Translations under genes and position numbers: made by a program
Shown here: piece by piece, positions 58,003 through 64,000 of the stretch
How positions within the stretch are numbered: position 1 is the first letter of the stretch
Layout: each line of letters starts with the position of its first letter
The notes under the pieces: generated by a model
Told to the model about the DNA's origin: nothing
Databases searched by the model: none
What the model saw: only the letters and a program-made list of their open reading frames with translations
Assembly: GCA_013239625.1 (NCBI GenBank)
Contig: MU053629.1
Location: 2,569,567 to 2,633,566, forward strand
DNA from: Lama guanicoe
Taxonomy: Eukaryota
Reading direction: 5' to 3'
DNA: 64,000 nt

Positions 58003-58644
58003 CTAAGAAAGAGGATGAAAATGGCAACATGAAAATATTATATATCTGTTTAGTTTAGGGGAACAAACAAGGAGCATCCCACTTCTTCCCCTCTTCCAAG
58101 TATATTTTAAGACTATGTTCATTAACTTTTTTTAGCTTTTCACATTATTAACAAATTTATTTGCTAACGCTTTTCTAAATTAAAAAAACCCAAACATGCT
58201 TAATGATGGCTGTCCAGTCGCTAATATTCACATTTGTCAAATACAAAGTTGATATTACAAGAAAAGAGTAGTAATAATGTAAGTCTTCAGTAAGAGTTTA
58301 AATCCTTCATACTATAAATACCATATACCCATTTGCTTTCCAGCACCTAGAACAGCCTAACTATTGATTTGCTGACTAAAGGAATCAGAAAAAATCATTT
58401 TGCTCCATGACTAAACAGTGCTATTGGACCTTACAAAAATGAAGGTTCCAAGTCTTCCATTAGTTATTGTGATTTTCACTTTCTAAAAATAAAGTAACTG
58501 ATACTACTACATAACTATTTTGCAGTAAGTTCAACCAGTGAACAAGTGTCTTCACTGAGCCAATTAGTTACATATATAGTAGCTACTAAAAGTAATTCAA
58601 TACGAAAAGTAGTTAGCAGAACTCCTTCAAATTGTAAAAGGATG

Positions 58645-58781
58645 GGGGGGAGGGTACAGCTCAACTGATAGAGCGCATGCCTAGCATGCATAAGGTCCTG
58701 GGTTCAATCCCCAGTACCTCCTCTAAAAATAAATAAATAAACCTAATTACCTACTCCCCCCACAAACAATAAAAAGGCTTT
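58645..58781 (+). mobile_element. tRNA-derived SINE (camelid type) with TSD
   Basis: GGGGAGGGTACAGCTCAACTGATAGAGCGCATGCCTAGCATGCATAAGGTCCTGGGTTCAATCCCC; TSD aaattgtaaaa(g/t)gatg at 58629-58644 and 58782-58797. Confidence 0.88.
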
Positions 58782-59575
58782 AAATTGTAAAATGATGACT
58801 AAAAGAATTTAAAATGATAGGCTGTATGTAGGACTAAGTAAGAAACCATACCTCCTTGACCAAAAAAACCAAACAAAAACACTTCAAATGATTCACATTT
58901 TTAAAATAAAATTCTACTAATATAACACACATTACTGTCCATGATACATTGAGATTACACAGTATACTGGTATGTTAGAATCCATCATTAACAAGAATTA
59001 TACTTTGAATCACTTACAAATTTGCCCTTAACCTTGCACTCTGTAGCTAGGGCCCAAAAAGGAAAGAGTGCTGGATATGTTCTGTAAATTATCATCTCCA
59101 TATACCTCTGCCTTAGGCAAATTAAATTCTGTATCTTGAACCCAAAAGAGAAGAACACAGAGTTTTACAGAGCACTGCAATGATCCGGTCATGGGGAGCT
59201 AGTTGTAGTGAAGTCTACAATTCAAAAATGATGTCTCAATCTGTACCCCCAGTGACTTTCATTTTTCACTAAGACACTTGTTGAGAGATACATTTTACTG
59301 TGTGATTAAGAACCCAAGCTCATAAAACTGAAAACAAAAGTTTTAAGAAACAATACTTAACTACAAGTTGTTAAGTACTCTGGTAATTTCTACTCACACT
59401 TACTTTCTTTTAAAAATGCTATTGGCAACATACCAAAATGATTTCATGAGCCACTAATGGGAAGTGACCTGCATTTTGAAAAATGTTATACTATACTAAA
59501 AGTATTTTAAGACAAAAGCAAGGAGTTGCACTCTAAGCACAGTAATCTCTATTTTGGTCAATTATCAAAACACTA

Positions 59576-59773
<198 letters not shown>

Positions 59774-61433
59774 CTATCACAAAAATACACATTAAAAAGT
59801 CATATACTGAGCACATTTGCTTACAGTTTAAAATTTGAACAAAGACTCATCAAAATGCCAGGGGCATGATACACCAGGTAGCAATGATACAGAGGCCCCA
59901 AACCCTAAAGGAACAAAAACACAGTTTATTTGCTCTTTAGCTTAAAAAAATATCACTGTGCTCTTATAGTGTTATGCCAATTTCTATTCTATAAACAATG
60001 TCATCAATCCTAATTTTTGAAAGTTAATATTAAAGTCACTTAGAACACCTCCACTTGCCACCACAGGTGTAAAGTTATTATTATTAATGTAAATTACTTT
60101 AAAAAATCCTTTCTATACCTTTCACAATCACACAAATAATATTTTTCACAAAGATAATATATAAAATTATCTTTTTCAAAATAGGCAGTATAATAAAAAG
60201 TTAAATCACCAGTATAAATGTGTTTTAATACTCACAAACATATAACTTTTTCTCAGATATTCACTTTAAAGCTATGCATTTATCTAAATGGCAATCTAAA
60301 AGACTTATTCTTGGCAGAAACTAAAGCTTTATTTGAAACTTGGATACTGCCTACAGCTTCGAACCTGGGGTGAATTTCTTCCAACTTTTAGTAAACAGAA
60401 ATTAACTGTTAATATTCACTAACTCCTTAAAATAGTTTTTTATTTATTATTTATAAGCAAAAAATTGTTTATTCATTTTCTACAACTTTGACTCAGATGT
60501 CTAAAGCCTACGCAAATTCGTGGGGAATATAAAGCTTAACAGCTTTATTTTCTACTATATTATCTTTACACGACAAATTCCTCAGTTGTTGACTGCATGC
60601 ATTTTATTATGGAGTTTAAAAATTGCCATTCCTCACAAATTATACCCGTGAATTATTAAATCTGCCACAGCACATTTGGAAGTAGAGACAAATACACTAG
60701 CATCTAAACAGCAGAAGAAAGCCACACTGAGGCAGACATAGGTGAGAAATAACTAAGTGTGCAACTATCTGATGTATGGCCAGAACAGAGGGCACACAGC
60801 CCGGCAGCAGGGCACCTCCTTCTCAGAAAGCGCATGCCAACGACCCAGCGGAGCTGGTGGTACGCTCTGCTGTATTTCACACGGACAAATCACAATCAGT
60901 CTGAGACTCCTAGAAAAAGCCCACACCACAAAAGCCAAAGTGCTACACAGGAGAGCCCTGGCACATTGGTCATGAAAAAAACTGCGCGCTTTTATTGTTA
61001 GCCTGAAGCTGTTCTACCATAAAGTAGATTAATCTAAGGATGAAAAGCTGCAGGTTGGTATTACAGATTAATAAAAATAAATCCACAGCTGCTCTTTTTT
61101 AAGGATATCATTTTAGATTTATTTAGTATTTTCAGAATATGTGCTGCTGAAGTGAGCACTAGATTTATTTAGTATTAATACCACTTTAATCATCATCAAC
61201 TATATTTCATTATAACTGAATACAGTCATCATGACACGGGAAAACAGCAATGGACTCCGCAACTAAATTTCAAGTATCAAATATCAATAACAATTCAGCA
61301 AGGTATAGTCCATATTAAGAACTTATAATACTTATTTAGATACTAGTATTAAGATTTAATGTAAACTGGAGAGAGGGAAGCAATAAAATGTTTTCAAGAT
61401 AAAATGCGTGTAAGACTGAGCTTGGATGTATAC

Positions 61434-61588
61434 CTTCTTGGGGGGAGGAGGTGGCCTCTGTTGGAACGCCAATTTTACAGCCTCTGCTGCTGATTCAGGT
61501 TCTTTAATTACGCTTTTCTTTGAGTCTGCTTCTGATAGCACAACAAAAAAATGATGACATTTTTCACACTTCACAAAACGGGTAGATG
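61434..61588 (-). CDS. CLPX: CLPX exon 4 ([14 protein letters not shown]...PPPPPKK)
   Basis: ttttacag|CA acceptor, AAG|GTATAC donor, 155 nt. Confidence 0.94.
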
Positions 61589-63514
61589 CTGTAAAAGAAA
61601 GGTCAGCAGAGAAAAATAATTCAAATTGTGTTTAACCTTAAAGATTCACTGAAAATGAAAACCATGTACTTGACAGAATGCTTGCAGTTCACTCCACTAG
61701 CCACAATAAACAGCCTAGTTTACACCTAGATAAATGATAAAGATGAGTTCAGATAACTGCATTTTGTTCATTTCAACTAAGTTCTTTCACTTGTAATAGA
61801 CTTCATCAGAGAAAAGATTGGTTGAAATTCTTTCAACTTCCCCATTCACTAAAGTTAATTTTAAAACTTAATTAAGTTCTAAACTCTAACACTATATTAA
61901 TTATTTTATTGAAATACTTGAATAAATAAACTGTGAAAAAAGTAAAGTAAATTATTCTATTTTTCCAATATTCTATTACAAAAAAGTATAAACATATACA
62001 AAAGTTGAAAGAAAAATCAATTTTAATCCCTAAAAACTATATTCTTAAGGTTCTTTTCAAACCTATAAGCATTTTTAAAACTTTGACTTGGTAAATATAT
62101 AAAGTCATACCTTCCTTATTTTCAACTTTAACTACTTCACTAATTCCTATTTCTTTGACCTAAAAACCACTAAAAAACAAAATAACAATATTCTCAGTCA
62201 TACTGAATTATTAATTCAATATTGTATTAGTCATACAGCTTTTGAAAATAACACAAGGGCAGTTAAGTGAAGGTAAAAAGGGTTTCTCAATGCCAAGGCT
62301 TCAGCTACAGGCACCCTGTGTTTAAACCAAAGCTGATTTCTTCTTTTCTCTCATTTAGGATTCAGACATATGAACATATATTCTTAAACTTCTCTAAACC
62401 TAATCCTATCAATGGTAACCAGGGACCTCAGAAAGCAGCATGGGAAGAGAATCCCATATTAGACTATTAGACGATAGACTATTAACAGATACAGTGCAAA
62501 AGATACATAAGAATTAGTCACACGCTGGCAGGTCTACGTAATACATTTTTGGGTTACCTTTGTATAACCTACTAAACAAGTAATTAAGGCAGAGAAAAAG
62601 AATTTTTAAAACTATAGGAATCTCTCTCCTTTGGGAAAACTAAAACTACCTATACACAGATTATAGGAAAAGCTGCATTGGCAAGCACATCTCAATCTTC
62701 CAAAAAAAAAAAATCCAACTTTTTAAAAAACAGACAACGCCACATTAAAACAATAAATTTAACTATTGATTCAATCAATTTAATTCTTAGATGTCTGTTA
62801 TTAAACACAAGGCCAGTCAAAAATACATTTTAGACAAATTCCAGTCACAAATTTTAAACTAGACAAGGGATCATTCATGTATTCTATTTATCGATCACCT
62901 ATTAAAAAAAAAGTGCTTCCCTAAAGAAAAAGATCAAGCTATTCCAAGCACCTCTAATTAACACAAACCCAAATACATTATCACCATTTTCCATCAATGG
63001 GAAAGACAGTGGCTTTATTTTATGATAAGGCACCAGCTTATAATTGTTACTGATGGTAAACAGGGCAAGGATTAAAGGGCAGAGAAGCCTCTGATCTAGT
63101 TTAGGCTGTGTGACAGGAAAATCTGGCCTAGGAATACAAGAACAAAATATTTCTCTGAAGAAATTAGGTCAAAGGGAAAGAGATTGAACACTGACAAAAT
63201 AACATTCCTCTTTGCTTAGCTGAAGAGTTGCTTAAATTCTACCTGAATATCTGCAATACACGTTTACACTGAAACATGTTCAACATATACCCAAGTTCAA
63301 GGATTCAGTTTCACTGTCAGAAAAACAAACATTGCAATGCATATTTTTTACTCTTAAAACCAAGGAGCAAAATCTAATTCTGTTAAATTATAAGGGGATT
63401 TAAAAAAACCTCTTTCCTTTAAACGATTACTACACACATCCTGTATTTCTTTATAAACAGAATACTGATTCCAGTAAACCTGCATGTATAGTATACCAAC
63501 AACAGAAAGACTAC

Positions 63515-64000
63515 CTTTTTTTAAAATTGAAGTGTAGTTAGTTACCATGTATCAATTTCTGGTGTACAGTATAATGTCCCAATCATACATATATATATTC
63601 ATTTTCATAAAAGGTTATTATAAGATATTGAATATGGTTCCCTATGCTACACAGAAGAAATCTGTTTATTTTTATATATAGTAGTTAATATTTGCAAGTC
63701 TTTAACTGCCAAATTTATCCCTTCCCAACCCTTTCCCCTGGTAACCGTAAGATTGTTTACTTGGTGAGAATGTACATTGGTGCAGCCACTATGGAGGACA
63801 GTATGGAGGTTCCTCAAAAAACTAAAAATAGACTTACCACATGATCCAGCAATCCCACTTCTGGACATAAATCCAGAGGGAACTCTAATTCGAAAAGATA
63901 CATGCACCTCAATGTTCACAGCAGCACTATTTACAATAGTCAAGACATGGAAGCAACCTAAATGTCCATTGACAGATGACTGGATAAAGAAGGTGTGGTG
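63515..64000 (-). mobile_element. L1 with 5' inversion, truncated by the window end
   Basis: 63515-63760 is a reverse-strand L1 3' end; 63761-64000 is forward-strand upstream L1 sequence. Confidence 0.8.

Noticed and set aside
58645..58720. tRNA-like sequence (also at 17692)
   Set aside because: SINE head with an A-rich tail and TSDs, not a tRNA gene
61424..61433. CLPX donor GTATACATCC as a possible U12-type 5' splice site
   Set aside because: Does not match the GTATCCTT consensus; no U12-type intron was seen in any of the three genes

Overview
Mammalian genomic DNA, probably a camelid judging from two tRNA-derived SINEs. It holds three minus-strand spliced genes in the human 15q22 order: UBAP1L (5 coding exons, 397 aa), PDCD7/U11-59K (5 exons, 486 aa) and the 3' part of mitochondrial CLPX (11 exons; the 5' exons lie beyond the window). 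Every exon boundary was read from GT-AG sites, and the reading frames are continuous. The rest is intronic or intergenic DNA with L1, LTR, DNA-transposon and SINE relics. I found no convincing new multi-gene system. The most interesting observations are: a decayed intragenic copy of the 3' part of a CLPX exon that keeps its splice donor (possible poison exon), a second duplicated intron piece in swapped order, a candidate retina-type UBAP1L promoter and first exon with CRX/OTX, E-box and CRE motifs, and several clear retrotransposition signatures. Repeat family names come from motif recognition only, and repeat boundaries are approximate.
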